A DNA stretch of 64,000 bases, taken from positions 96,001-160,000 of the IMG/VR virus record IMGVR_UViG_3300045988_135716. One strand, written 5' to 3'. Under the pieces are notes generated by a model. The model saw nothing but the letters and a program-made list of their open reading frames with translations, searched no databases and had not been told where the DNA came from. The number at the start of each line of letters is the position of its first letter. Position 1 is the first letter of the stretch. The DNA is from a virus. Both the position numbers and the translations under genes were made by a program. Shown here one piece after another: positions 16,931-27,423 of this stretch.

Positions 16931-17176
16931 ATGAACATTAAAGTAACTGGTAAAATTGAAAAACCTGTTGAGATTAATCCATTAGATGTAATCAGAGAGT
17001 TAAAGTTGCAATTGCTTGGTAGAAATGATTATTTCATTGGTGACGATGGACAAGTTTATTATCAAGAACAATGTAGCTTATATGGAGATTATGAAAATAT
17101 TTTAGCACCAGATTATCTTCAAAAGAAAGTTGACTTAGTAAGAGCATTAAATATTCTTATAAATGAATTATCGTAA
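16931..17176 (+). CDS. hypothetical protein
   Basis: Track ORF with a GGAGAATAAATAAATG context. Confidence 0.55.
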   Translation: MNIKVTGKIEKPVEINPLDVIRELKLQLLGRNDYFIGDDGQVYYQEQCSLYGDYENILAPDYLQKKVDLVRALNILINELS

Positions 17177-17187
17177 AGGAGAAGTTA

Positions 17188-17676
17188 ATGAACAGACAAA
17201 TGTGTGATGTTTGTAAAACACAAGATGCATCAACAAGCTATAAAGTGAAAGAATCACATATGATGCATGGATCATGGGAAGGAATATGGGAACCATATAA
17301 AAAGATTGACATATGTGATAAATGCGCAGAGAAAATATTGCATATGGAAACATTAGGTTCAAGAATGCGTGATTCACTTCGTAGACAAAAAGAAATAAAT
17401 ATAAAATGTGGATTAGAAAAAAGAGAAATAAAACAGGGTGATATTGTTAAACATTTCAAAAGAGAAACAACAATTTTGTCAAATGAATACCTATATAAAA
17501 TTTTGTGTGTTGCCAAACTTACAGAAGAAGATGAATATGTAGTTGTATATCAGGCTTTATATGGCGATTTTAAAATCTATGCAAGACCTTATGAAATGTT
17601 TATAAGTGAAGTGGATCATCAAAAATATCCTGATATTAAACAAAAATATAGATTTGAAAAATGGAATGGAGAATAA
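17188..17676 (+). CDS. zinc-ribbon plus DUF1653-domain protein
   Basis: The C-terminal segment [43 protein letters not shown] matches the remembered DUF1653 pattern. Confidence 0.6.
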   Translation: MNRQMCDVCKTQDASTSYKVKESHMMHGSWEGIWEPYKKIDICDKCAEKILHMETLGSRMRDSLRRQKEINIKCGLEKREIKQGDIVKHFKRETTILSNEYLYKILCVAKLTEEDEYVVVYQALYGDFKIYARPYEMFISEVDHQKYPDIKQKYRFEKWNGE

Positions 17677-17680
17677 ATAA

Positions 17681-17857
17681 ATGGCATGTGAGAAATATAC
17701 AAATTGTGAATATTGCAAAAAAGATTATCATTGTCCATACGATCACATGTGTGATGGAAGTCCTTGATGTAGAGAATTTCAATGTACAGTAGATAATTGT
17801 AAAAGATATGAGTGTATCTCATATGAAGAAGAATTATTCGAGTTGAGAGGATATTGA
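17681..17857 (+). pseudogene. Cys-rich 58-codon ORF interrupted by an in-frame TGA at 17765-17767 (readthrough candidate or pseudogene)
   Basis: Translates as MACEKYTNCEYCKKDYHCPYDHMCDGSP*CREFQCTVDNCKRYECISYEEELFELRGY. The SD is GGAGAATAAATAAATG. No alternative start or ORF covers 17768-17857. Confidence 0.5.
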
Positions 17858-17874
17858 AAGGAGAATAAATACAT

Positions 17875-18513
17875 ATGAAATATAGTGACAATATTACAAT
17901 TCAAAAATTCATAGAACAATTGATTGATGTATTAAAATACGAGAATACATATAGAGAACCAAATGGTAAAAAGCTGGATATCCCGTTTTTGGTATCTGTG
18001 CTATGGCAAGATTTAACGAATAACTATGAATGTTATAATGAATTTTGTTCTGATTTAAGAGATTGTGATAATTATGATATTGTAATTGGAGAAGACAATT
18101 ATAGTATCTGTAAAGTAAATGTATTTCTTTACAATGAAACCGAAAATGATAATTGGAAATGTGCAGAAGAATCAGATTTTAGATATGAAATTACATTCAG
18201 TTACGATGAACGTAATTGGGGAGATTGTGAATGTAATCCTGGTGATCCAGATTATAGAGAAGATAAAGAATGTTGTGGACATGGATGTGATTGGGATGCT
18301 CCAAGTGTCGAAGTTAGAAAAAGTTTTCTTGTATCGAATCACTCATGGAGTGGTGATAAACATGATTATTGGGACTTTGAAGATAAGTTTTATGCAGATG
18401 ATAAAGAAGAAAATGAAAAGAAACTTCTAGCAGAAAGAGAATGTAAGATTAGAAATCTTAAAGAAACTATCGAAAATGCTCAAAAAGAGTTAAAAAAGTT
18501 AGAGAATTTATAG
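17875..18513 (+). CDS. hypothetical Cys-rich acidic protein
   Basis: Track ORF with an AAGGAGAA SD. Confidence 0.6.
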   Translation: MKYSDNITIQKFIEQLIDVLKYENTYREPNGKKLDIPFLVSVLWQDLTNNYECYNEFCSDLRDCDNYDIVIGEDNYSICKVNVFLYNETENDNWKCAEESDFRYEITFSYDERNWGDCECNPGDPDYREDKECCGHGCDWDAPSVEVRKSFLVSNHSWSGDKHDYWDFEDKFYADDKEENEKKLLAERECKIRNLKETIENAQKELKKLENL

Positions 18514-18514
18514 A

Positions 18515-18530
18515 TGAAACTTTCGTTTCA
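18515..18530 (+). repeat. intercistronic stem-loop TGAAAC-TTTC-GTTTCA
   Basis: 6-bp stem immediately after the TAG stop and before the GGAGAA SD. Confidence 0.6.
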
Positions 18531-18560
18531 AATGGAGAATATATAGATAGGAGATGAGAA

Positions 18561-18779
18561 ATGATGAAACCAATTATTAATCCATGGTTGATTTATTTTG
18601 CTAGTAGAGCAGATGCGTTAGGAACTTTATTTCTAATTGTTGCAATAGTTGCATTTGTGATATGTTGGATAGAATTTGATGATTTAACAAAAAATGGATT
18701 TAAACTATTTATTTCAATTGGGATTATTTTTATGATTCTAACAGTTCTTACCAAACTACTGAAACCGTTTATACAATGA
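18561..18779 (+). CDS. membrane protein (2 TM)
   Basis: Track ORF with hydrophobic segments. Confidence 0.55.
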   Translation: MMKPIINPWLIYFASRADALGTLFLIVAIVAFVICWIEFDDLTKNGFKLFISIGIIFMILTVLTKLLKPFIQ

Positions 18780-18907
18780 TGGTAGCAAATGAAATTACAT
18801 CGGACAATATTCAAGCCATTGGTAAAACTGGTAAAGATGTAGTGGATTACATTACAAATCAGATTGACAAAATTATGAATAAGGATGATGAAAAGGAGAA
18901 TAAATGA
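18779..18907 (+). CDS. 42-aa hypothetical protein
   Basis: Translates as MVANEITSDNIQAIGK...KENK. It overlaps the upstream gene as TGATG and the downstream gene as ATGA. Confidence 0.4.
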   Translation: MVANEITSDNIQAIGKTGKDVVDYITNQIDKIMNKDDEKENK

Positions 18908-19215
18908 TTAATGTAGTAGAAGATATTGTTAAAATTATGAAATATGACAAATCACATAATTTTAAAGTTGTAGTTGAACCAAATGGAATTACAGTATCAC
19001 TTAGTGAAGGAAACTTTAATGATGTCTTTGATATTCCAATAAAATATGATTGCTCAGACGGAATATATATTGATAATGAAAAGCAAAAGGGAGTAATTGG
19101 TATTTGCGACATTAATCTTGTTAAAGATATTATGGAATATCTTGAAAAACATATGAATGAACTTGATGAGTTATGTACTCAATGTGATTGGTCAGGTAGA
19201 CAGGAAGAAAATTAA
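18904..19215 (+). CDS. hypothetical protein
   Basis: Track ORF with an AAGGAGAA SD. Confidence 0.55.
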   Translation: MINVVEDIVKIMKYDKSHNFKVVVEPNGITVSLSEGNFNDVFDIPIKYDCSDGIYIDNEKQKGVIGICDINLVKDIMEYLEKHMNELDELCTQCDWSGRQEEN

Positions 19216-19244
19216 AATCCAAATTTCATCGGAGAATATAAAAT

Positions 19245-19526
19245 ATGAATGACAATTATAAAAAATGGAATGAAACGATTTGTCAAATGATTGACAGGAA
19301 TTATAATGTAGAATGCACTGGATGTCGAGATGATGTTAAGTTTAATCATAATTTTATTAATTCAACAAGAGACATAATGTTTTATAAAAGATATAGAAAT
19401 GTAAAATTAATAAATATTATGGGATTGTTTGAACAGTTCCATTTTCAAACAGAAGATGGTGAGTTATTAATACTTCCAGGACGATACATTATTTCAATTT
19501 TGCCAGTAAAAAATAAAGAGAAATAA
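19245..19526 (+). CDS. hypothetical protein
   Basis: Track ORF with a GGAGAA SD. Confidence 0.55.
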   Translation: MNDNYKKWNETICQMIDRNYNVECTGCRDDVKFNHNFINSTRDIMFYKRYRNVKLINIMGLFEQFHFQTEDGELLILPGRYIISILPVKNKEK

Positions 19527-19638
19527 ATCTTGTAGATTCAATCGAATCGAATTTTCCAAATAAATCGAAACTGAATAGAGAAATAAAATATGGGTGGTTA
19601 GCAGCATACCCTTGGGATTTTGCACCCATAAACCACTG

Positions 19639-19668
19639 TTGACATAGAATTTATCTTATAGATTTAAT
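19639..19668 (+). promoter_or_regulatory. candidate promoter TTGACA-18-TTTAAT ahead of the replication module
   Basis: Read directly from the sequence. It lies 100 nt upstream of 19769 in a 242-nt non-coding gap. Confidence 0.3.
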
Positions 19669-19768
19669 TCCATGTTCCGTCCGATAGGGCGTTTATCATA
19701 AATGTTGATACATTTCTACAACATTACAGAGTTATAAAAAATAATAATTATACAAGGAGGACATTTAA

Positions 19769-20836
19769 ATGTCAGACACAAAGAAAAAAGGAAGATTATT
19801 TGATTTACCAGAAACAAAAGGAGCATTCCAGTTAAAAGCAATTGCTACTGGGATGAATAAAGACAAAGTATACAAAGAACTCAGAACTAAGAGTAATCGA
19901 GAGATGAGAATGCTTAACTTTGGAGCAACTTACGAAGATGGTAAAACATTATATATTAATCTTCAAGGTATGGAACAGGAATATGTTTACTTTTCTAAGA
20001 GAGCAGAGAAGAAGGGTGACAAACCAGAAATAGTAAAAGTTCCGTGGGCTGATAGATTTACATATAATCGTGAAGGATTCAGATTAATTGGTAAAAATAT
20101 TGGTGTAAAAAAGAAAATTGATTCCGAAGGCAAAACAGTAAATGATAAAAAAGTACTTACGGATTTTGATGCTTGTAAAGAAATTAAAGACAATCTAAAA
20201 GATGGTAACAGTGTATTTATCAGAGGAAACATTGATTATAGTAGTTTTCCTGATAACAATGGCAATAAAAGAACATCAACAAAACTTATTCCTAATCAGG
20301 TTTCATTATGTGCAGATATTGACTTTAATGATGAAAAGTTTGAAAAGCAGAATGACTTTAATCAGGTAATCATTTTTATGGGAATCGAACAGGAAAAATC
20401 AGATAATGATAAACCTACAGGAAGATTCATTGTACTGGCAAAAATTGTTACATATAGCAATATTGAAGATGTAGAGTTTGTCATTGAAGATACTTCACTT
20501 GCAAATAAATTTAGAAAGTCATTAAAACCATATAATGCAATCAAAGTTAGTGGACATATGATTTCTGCTACTCAGATTGAAACAGTAGAAAACGATGATG
20601 AGTGGGGAGAAGAAGATAAGATCGAGAAAGTATCTGCGCCAACAAAACGTGAGTTTATTATTACTGGCGCAAAAGGTTCTTCAATCGACAAAGAACTCTA
20701 TACAGAAGAGAATGTTATGGAAGCAATCGCAAAAATTAGAAATGCTAATAAGGCAGAAGAAAGTTTTGGATCAACGTCTGATGATTGGGGAAATGTAGAT
20801 AGTCTCGATGACGGAGATGATGATGCTTGGGATTAA
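19769..20836 (+). CDS. putative ssDNA-binding protein with acidic C-terminal tail
   Basis: First gene of the replication module. The C-terminus DSLDDGDDDAWD resembles SSB acidic tails. There is no firm motif match. Confidence 0.35.
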   Translation: MSDTKKKGRLFDLPETKGAFQLKAIATGMNKDKVYKELRTKSNREMRMLNFGATYEDGKTLYINLQGMEQEYVYFSKRAEKKGDKPEIVKVPWADRFTYNREGFRLIGKNIGVKKKIDSEGKTVNDKKVLTDFDACKEIKDNLKDGNSVFIRGNIDYSSFPDNNGNKRTSTKLIPNQVSLCADIDFNDEKFEKQNDFNQVIIFMGIEQEKSDNDKPTGRFIVLAKIVTYSNIEDVEFVIEDTSLANKFRKSLKPYNAIKVSGHMISATQIETVENDDEWGEEDKIEKVSAPTKREFIITGAKGSSIDKELYTEENVMEAIAKIRNANKAEESFGSTSDDWGNVDSLDDGDDDAWD

Positions 20837-20927
20837 TTAGTATTTAATTCATGAGTAGCAATGGAACGTCAGAAATGGCGTTCCTAATATAAAAATAATA
20901 ATTACATATAATTGGAGGAATTTATCA

Positions 20928-22091
20928 ATGGCAAAAGCAAGAAAAGCATCAGTAACACAAAGTAAATTAGGAATGATTTTATATGGAGAACAGTTTACAG
21001 GCAAATCTACAATGGCAATGCAGCTTGCATATTTTAAACGACCAGATGGTAAGCCATTTAGAGTATTATATCTCGATCCTGAAACTGGTTCAATTGATGA
21101 CTATCTTGGAGAACTAGAAGCAAATGGTGTAAATCTTGAGAATATTTATATTGTATATACACAATCTCTTGGTGAAGTAAGACAGTATATTGCAAAAGTA
21201 AAAAATGGTGAAGATTTTTATGAATTAGACGATGATGGAATGGAAACAGATAATGTAGTTCTTGATGCTGACGGAGAACCATTTAGAGCAGATGCAATTG
21301 TTGTAGATGGAACTACAATCCTTAATCTTACAGCAAAACAAGGACTTGTTGAATTTTCTAAGAAAAGAAATAAAGTTAAAGCAGATAAAGATGGACTTGT
21401 TGGAGATGCCAGACTGGTAAAAATTGAAGGTGCAGGAATGGAGCTGAAAGATTATCAGACAATTAATTTCAAAGGACAGGATTTAATCCTTGATCTTATG
21501 GCTTCTGGTGTTCATTATATTGTGACTGCTAGAGAAACAGATGAAAAGCAAACAATTAAACAGGCAGATGGAACAACAATGAGTGTTGTAACGGGCAAGA
21601 AAATTCCAGACGGATTTAAAGGTATGGCGTATAATACTAAAACTGAAATTCGTATGTTTAGAAACGAAGATGGAACTGTATGCGCACATATCAAAAAAGA
21701 TAGAACCCATACACATGCAGATAATTCTATTGTAGAAGATCCAACATTACTTGATTGGCAGTCCGTAATTGATAAAACAGCAGATAAAAAATCATTTGTC
21801 GTTAAAAATGACTTAACAAAAGCAGTTGATGTAGAACAAGATATTTATAGCAAAGAAATTCTTGGAAAAGTTGGTGAACCAGATATGTCTGAATCAGACA
21901 ATAATGTATCTAGTTCAGTAAGCACTGATGTAGAAGTTCTTAAAAAAGAAATTATTGCTAGAAGAAATACACTTCCACCCACTGAAAAGAAAGCAATGAA
22001 AGAAAAACTTGAAGCAGCAGGTCTTCCTACAGCATACAAAAATGTTACTGATGTTGAGATTCTAAAAAAAGTATTAGAAATGTTTGAGTAA
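20928..22091 (+). CDS. RecA-like P-loop ATPase (AAA_24/Sak4-like)
   Basis: Walker A motif GEQFTGKST near the N-terminus, in a replication-module context. Confidence 0.5.
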   Translation: MAKARKASVTQSKLGMILYGEQFTGKSTMAMQLAYFKRPDGKPFRVLYLDPETGSIDDYLGELEANGVNLENIYIVYTQSLGEVRQYIAKVKNGEDFYELDDDGMETDNVVLDADGEPFRADAIVVDGTTILNLTAKQGLVEFSKKRNKVKADKDGLVGDARLVKIEGAGMELKDYQTINFKGQDLILDLMASGVHYIVTARETDEKQTIKQADGTTMSVVTGKKIPDGFKGMAYNTKTEIRMFRNEDGTVCAHIKKDRTHTHADNSIVEDPTLLDWQSVIDKTADKKSFVVKNDLTKAVDVEQDIYSKEILGKVGEPDMSESDNNVSSSVSTDVEVLKKEIIARRNTLPPTEKKAMKEKLEAAGLPTAYKNVTDVEILKKVLEMFE

Positions 22092-22103
22092 TTAAAAAAT
22101 ATT

Positions 22104-22136
22104 CACTACCTGGTTATATTAACTGGGTAGTGTTTG
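22104..22136 (+). terminator. hairpin CACTACC/GGTAGTG with weak T tract
   Basis: 7-bp stem 13 nt after the stop of 20928..22091. Confidence 0.35.
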
Positions 22137-22146
22137 AAGGTATTAT

Positions 22147-23031
22147 ATGAGAGCTAATTATAAAGATGTTATAAAAAAAAGAGCACCAAAATGTTTTTGT
22201 TGCAGAGAACAATTTGAACTTCATAGAGGACACAATGATGATAGTATTTTATTTTTCGACAATCATTTTTTTCATAAAAAATGTTTTGTTGAAAAGAATA
22301 AAATTGTTAGATTATGTCATGAATGTAAACAAGAAATAGAATTAATTGAAAATAGTGATAATATTGTCCGTTACGATGGAAGATTTTATCATAAAGATTG
22401 TTTTATACAATGGTGTAATGGAACAAAGCACCGTAGTCAAAAAAGACAATTTGCTCTAAAAAATATTGATGAATATGTAAAAAATGCAAATTCTGAAATA
22501 GATATACTATTAAAACAAAAGTATATTGACAGTAAGCATTTAGATAAATTAGCGAATAGAGCGTGTGAAAAAATTCAGCAAATATTTGATGAAACGGATT
22601 TAAATGCATTTTTACGAGAAGAATATGGTTCAAATATCTTGGGTAGTAAGAGTACATTCTGGGTGAACTATCTTGCTCCAATTTTAAAAGGAACACAAAA
22701 TAGCCAAATTATTATCCCAGCAAGTGATTTGTTATATATGTGGAAAAAAAAATTAGATTACTTACACAAACAAAATGAAAGACTTAAATCAAAACACCCA
22801 GATCAAATATTTCAACCAATACATATTGCATCATATGATTTGGCAATTCTTGTAAATAAATATGATAGTTATTTACGTTGGAAAGAAAAACAAAAAATAC
22901 TTGAATCTGAAAAAGAAATAGAGAAATCACAAAATATTGTTAGTAAATCAATCGGTTATACAAATGTAGAAAAAGGCAATTCTAATAATACAGATAATAT
23001 TTCAGATTTAGTGGATGATATTTTTGGATAA
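22147..23031 (+). CDS. hypothetical protein with two CxxC...HKxCF zinc-finger-like repeats
   Basis: Track ORF with repeated CFCC...FHKKCF and CHEC...YHKDCF motifs. Confidence 0.55.
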   Translation: MRANYKDVIKKRAPKCFCCREQFELHRGHNDDSILFFDNHFFHKKCFVEKNKIVRLCHECKQEIELIENSDNIVRYDGRFYHKDCFIQWCNGTKHRSQKRQFALKNIDEYVKNANSEIDILLKQKYIDSKHLDKLANRACEKIQQIFDETDLNAFLREEYGSNILGSKSTFWVNYLAPILKGTQNSQIIIPASDLLYMWKKKLDYLHKQNERLKSKHPDQIFQPIHIASYDLAILVNKYDSYLRWKEKQKILESEKEIEKSQNIVSKSIGYTNVEKGNSNNTDNISDLVDDIFG

Positions 23032-23043
23032 GGAGTTAGCATA

Positions 23044-24594
23044 TTGGAAAATGAACATGAGTTAAGAGATTGTAATATTCAGAGTGAAATATGTTTCGTT
23101 GGTGCGCTTCTTCGTTCTCCAGACTTAGTTGTAAACTATAGTAATTTTATGAGAAGCAAATATGATTTCTCGGATCAAGCAACAAAGTTTTTCTATGATA
23201 GCTTTGAAACATATTATCTTACATTTTCGCAAACTGTAGACGAAACAAAAATGAATGTTTTTATGAGTCAAAATGAGGAAAGACTAAAACTTTATAAACA
23301 ATATAAAGGTTGGAAAACACTTCAACGTTATATGACTCTTGCAGATGAAAATGATGTAAAAAATTATTTTGATACTGTAAAGAAATATTCATTAGTAAGA
23401 GAATATGGAAGAAATGGATTTCCAGTTGAAAAAATATTATCTCATAAAAACTTTGATAAAATGTCTCCGAATGACATTTATAGAATTATCCGCACAAAAG
23501 CAGATAAAATAAATACAGTAATTAATGCTGGTGAAGAAGCAGTAGAACTTACTGATAAAAACTCATCTCAAATTGATAAATATCTTGAAAAACCAAATTT
23601 CGGTTTACCTTTCCCTTGGTATATGTATAATGAATATTTTCTTGGTCTTAGAGAAACAAAAGTATTATTTGAAGGATTTCTTTCAAATGAGGGTAAAACC
23701 AGAAAGCTTGTGTTACTAGCGGCATATGTTGCGCTTGTTCAAAATGAAAATTTCTTTCTTATGAGCAACGAAATGGACGAAGAAGATCTTAGAAGTTGTT
23801 TGATTACGACTGTTATCAATAATAAAGAATTTCAAGATTTACATGGTGTATACATAAATAAGCCAGAAAAAGAAATTGTATTAGGTGTTTACCATGATAA
23901 AAAAGGTAACATTTTACGAAGAAAAATTGATGATAGTGGTGTATACATAGAAAGTAATGAAGATTATATTCAAAGAATTAAAGATACATCAGAAGAATAC
24001 TGGAATGTAAAAAAAATTACAGACTGGATTGATTCTCATGAAAAAGGTAAGGTCATGTTCAAAGATGTTGGAGATGATTATAGTCCTGAAAGAATTGAAT
24101 TTGAATTGCGAAAAGCAAAAATGGTTCAGAATATCAAATACTATGGATATGATACCCTTAAAGGTTATAACACTGATGATTGGTCACAAATTAAGCAGTT
24201 TGCAACAAAACTCAAAGAACTTACAAAAGAGCTTCGTATGAGTGGATTTGCTGTATTTCAGCTTAGTGACGATACAGTATTTACTGATATTTTTAGCTTG
24301 AGTAGTAATAATATTGCAAATGCAAAACAGATCAAGCACGTTGCAGATATTTTAAATATTGGTAAAAAACTTTCAAAGGAAGAATATCACAAATATCAAG
24401 TTGTTTTAGAAGTTGATTCTTGGGGTGAACCAATTACAGAAGACTTAGACCTAAGTAAACAGTATTTTTGTATTAAGGTGGATAAAAACAGAGCAGGTAG
24501 TAAAGACAAGATTATGTTATTTGAAATTAATCTAAACTTTAATACTTGGGTAAATATAGGATATATCATAAAGAAACAGAGAAATAATGATTAG
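23044..24594 (+). CDS. DnaB-like replicative helicase
   Basis: The N-terminus SEICFVGALLRSPDL is DnaB-N-like and there is an NEGKT P-loop-like motif. TTG start after AAGGAG. Confidence 0.6.
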   Translation: MENEHELRDCNIQSEICFVGALLRSPDLVVNYSNFMRSKYDFSDQATKFFYDSFETYYLTFSQTVDETKMNVFMSQNEERLKLYKQYKGWKTLQRYMTLADENDVKNYFDTVKKYSLVREYGRNGFPVEKILSHKNFDKMSPNDIYRIIRTKADKINTVINAGEEAVELTDKNSSQIDKYLEKPNFGLPFPWYMYNEYFLGLRETKVLFEGFLSNEGKTRKLVLLAAYVALVQNENFFLMSNEMDEEDLRSCLITTVINNKEFQDLHGVYINKPEKEIVLGVYHDKKGNILRRKIDDSGVYIESNEDYIQRIKDTSEEYWNVKKITDWIDSHEKGKVMFKDVGDDYSPERIEFELRKAKMVQNIKYYGYDTLKGYNTDDWSQIKQFATKLKELTKELRMSGFAVFQLSDDTVFTDIFSLSSNNIANAKQIKHVADILNIGKKLSKEEYHKYQVVLEVDSWGEPITEDLDLSKQYFCIKVDKNRAGSKDKIMLFEINLNFNTWVNIGYIIKKQRNND

Positions 24595-25638
24595 TTGGAG
24601 GGTGGCAGCTTGGATGTACGAGAATTAAAAAATTATATATTTGAAAATAATTATTCGGAGCAAATATTGGAATCTCTTGGTTGCCACCATATCAAGTATC
24701 ATTCAGCAGGAGCATATTGGACAGCGGGCAATCCAGACGGAGATAATAAAGGTGCAATTATTCTATACAATAATGAATCACTTATTTGCTTAAATAAAAC
24801 ACGACAAATGATTAAGGTTAATAGGCAAACAGATTTAATTGATTTAGTTTGCTATGTTAAGAATCTTACATTTCCAGAAGGATTAAAAGAAATATGTTCA
24901 GAAATAGGTATGTCTTATTATCATGATTTTAATGAAGATGTACCAGATAGTTTTAAAATACTGAAAATGTTAGAAGATATGGATTCTAGTATATCAGAAG
25001 AAAGAGAAAAACCATTAGCCCCAATTTCAGAAGATATTCTTTTATATTATAAACCATATGTAAATGATTTATTTTATGAAGATCACATAGATTACCAAAC
25101 TCAAAAAGAATTTGAAATTGGATTTGATGAAGAAAGTAATAGATATACAGTTCCAATTCGTTCAGAGATTGGGGATTTAGTTGGAGTTAAAGCAAGATAC
25201 TTTGATAGAAAAGTTCCTGATGGAATGAATAAATACATTTATTTAGAACCATGTGCAAAATCAAAAATTATATATGGATTGAATAAAACACTTCCATATA
25301 TAAAAAGAACAGGACGTATTTATGTAGGAGAAGCAGAGAAGTTTGTTCTTGAGCTGTGGAGTCATGGAGTGAGAAATACAGGTGGTACAGGTGGAAAAGA
25401 ATTATCTCAATATCAAATAGATATGTTAATACGGCTTGGAGTAGAAGTTATATTTTGTTTTGATGAAGATGTAACAAAAGAAGAACTTGAATTATTAGCA
25501 GAAAGGTTCCCGAATGGTATGCCTTTGTACTATATGTTTGATGAAGAAAAAAAACTTTTACATGAGCATGAATCACCGTCTGATAATCCTGAAATTTGGG
25601 ACTATATGGTAGAACATAATATATATAAACTTAGATAA
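24595..25638 (+). CDS. TOPRIM-domain DNA primase-like protein
   Basis: Contains VGEAEKF (TOPRIM Glu) and FCFDEDV (DxD) motifs and sits adjacent to the helicase. Confidence 0.55.
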   Translation: MEGGSLDVRELKNYIFENNYSEQILESLGCHHIKYHSAGAYWTAGNPDGDNKGAIILYNNESLICLNKTRQMIKVNRQTDLIDLVCYVKNLTFPEGLKEICSEIGMSYYHDFNEDVPDSFKILKMLEDMDSSISEEREKPLAPISEDILLYYKPYVNDLFYEDHIDYQTQKEFEIGFDEESNRYTVPIRSEIGDLVGVKARYFDRKVPDGMNKYIYLEPCAKSKIIYGLNKTLPYIKRTGRIYVGEAEKFVLELWSHGVRNTGGTGGKELSQYQIDMLIRLGVEVIFCFDEDVTKEELELLAERFPNGMPLYYMFDEEKKLLHEHESPSDNPEIWDYMVEHNIYKLR

Positions 25639-25650
25639 GAGGGTGTATAT

Positions 25651-27423
25651 TTGAAATATAGATTGTACGAAAACAGTAAAAATGATACTTCTAATGTATT
25701 AAAAGAAGTTTTAAAAAACAGAGGAATTGACAATTACTATGAATATTTAAATTTAAAAAGTGATGTAGTTATTCCGTATTCCAGGTTAGACAATATAGAC
25801 AAAGCAGTTAATTTATTTATGAAACATTTTGAAAATAGAAATAAAATAGAGATATTAGTTGACTCTGATCCAGATGGTTATTGTTCCGCTGCAATGATAT
25901 ATTCATACATAAAACAATTGGATAATAGTTATCCAGTGGGATATATATTACACACAAGGGCAAAATCTCATGTGCTTGATGATGATGTTGCAGTTTCAGA
26001 AGATACAAAATTACTTATTATTCCAGATGCAGGAACAAATGACGTAATACAATGTAAGACTTTAAATGAAAATGGGATTGATATTTTAATCCTTGATCAC
26101 CATGAATCAGAAGAAAAAAATCCATACGCATTAATTGTAAACAATCAGATGAGTGCTAATTATACTAATAAGAGTTTTTGCGGAGCAGGTATTGTTTATA
26201 AATTTTTACAAGCATTAGATTCTGAAACTTGGAATGAATTTGCTGATGATTATTTGGATTTATGTGCTTTAGCAAATATTAGTGATGTTATGGATATGAG
26301 GTCATTTGAAACACGATACTTAACAGATGTGGGACTGTCAAATATTACAAACAAATGTTTTCAGTCACTTATTAAATCACAAGATTATAGTATAAATGAC
26401 AAAATCAATATTCACAATATTCAGTGGTATATTACACCAATTCTAAATGGAATGATTCGCATTGGTTCATTCAAAGACAAAGAACTATTATTTAAAGCAT
26501 TTATCGAGCAAGATGAAGTCTTTGAATATAAGAAACGTGCTACAAAAAATAAACCTATGGAGACTATTCAAGAGAATATTTACGATAGGGCTGCAAGGTT
26601 ATGTAAAAATGCAAAGTCAAGACAAGACAAATTAAAAGAAAAAGGTGTAAAAATTATCTCCGAAATTGCAAGCCAATTACCAGATACAGATAAAGTAATT
26701 ATGCTTGATACAACAGAATATCTTGACGGTGGGCTAACTGGTGTAACTGCTATTAAAATTGCAGAACAATATAATAAACCATGTATTTTGCTAAAAAAAT
26801 ATTATGATAAAAAAACAAATAGTACGGTATATGGTGGAAGTGCAAGAAACGTAAACCATAGTCCTATTGATAGTTTTAAAGATATTGTTAATTCAACAGA
26901 AATTATTCACGGCAAAGGACATCCAAATGCGTTTGGTATAGTAGATTTGTCACTAGATAATATTGAAAACGCCTTGAAGCAGCTAAATACACTTCTTAAA
27001 GATATTGAATATGATTCTACATATAAAGTTGATTTTATCTTAGACATAAATCATGTCACAATTCCATTAATTATAGAATTATCAAAATTTGAAAATATTG
27101 TTGGTCAAGGAATTGAAGAACCGATAATTGCGGTAGAGAATATTTCATTAACAAGAAATAGTTTTGAAGTATTTGGCAAAAATGAAGATACAATAAGCTT
27201 TATGATTAATGGTATAAAATATATTCAGTTTAAATGTAAAGAAGGAAATAGATTATATGATTTTTTACAAAATGCATGGGACAACAATGATGTAATTTTC
27301 TTTACAATAGTTGGAAAACCAACAATTAATGAATATAACGGTATTAGAACACCACAAATTATTATCGAAGATGTAAATGTAATTGATACAATTAGTCAAG
27401 ATGATAGTGGTGATGACTGGTAG
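25651..27423 (+). CDS. RecJ-like DHH-family ssDNA exonuclease
   Basis: Contains DSDPDGYCS, IPDAGT and ILDHHE motifs. Confidence 0.7.
   Translation: MKYRLYENSKNDTSNVLKEVLKNRGIDNYYEYLNLKSDVVIPYSRLDNIDKAVNLFMKHFENRNKIEILVDSDPDGYCSAAMIYSYIKQLDNSYPVGYILHTRAKSHVLDDDVAVSEDTKLLIIPDAGTNDVIQCKTLNENGIDILILDHHESEEKNPYALIVNNQMSANYTNKSFCGAGIVYKFLQALDSETWNEFADDYLDLCALANISDVMDMRSFETRYLTDVGLSNITNKCFQSLIKSQDYSINDKINIHNIQWYITPILNGMIRIGSFKDKELLFKAFIEQDEVFEYKKRATKNKPMETIQENIYDRAARLCKNAKSRQDKLKEKGVKIISEIASQLPDTDKVIMLDTTEYLDGGLTGVTAIKIAEQYNKPCILLKKYYDKKTNSTVYGGSARNVNHSPIDSFKDIVNSTEIIHGKGHPNAFGIVDLSLDNIENALKQLNTLLKDIEYDSTYKVDFILDINHVTIPLIIELSKFENIVGQGIEEPIIAVENISLTRNSFEVFGKNEDTISFMINGIKYIQFKCKEGNRLYDFLQNAWDNNDVIFFTIVGKPTINEYNGIRTPQIIIEDVNVIDTISQDDSGDDW

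Noticed and set aside
17765-17767. Genome-wide TGA reassignment (code 4 or 25) as the explanation for the in-frame TGAs.
   Set aside because: Many genes with recognisable homologs end at TGA, often in ATGA start/stop overlaps (for example 2549-2552, 40207-40210 and 52373-52376). All large late and replication genes are intact under code 11. In addition, one of the interrupted genes is split by TAA, not TGA.
17765-17810. Selenocysteine insertion at the TGA of the Cys-rich ORF.
   Set aside because: I could fold no convincing SECIS-like stem-loop in the 40-50 nt downstream; the best I found was a 4-bp pairing. No sel genes are visible in the window.
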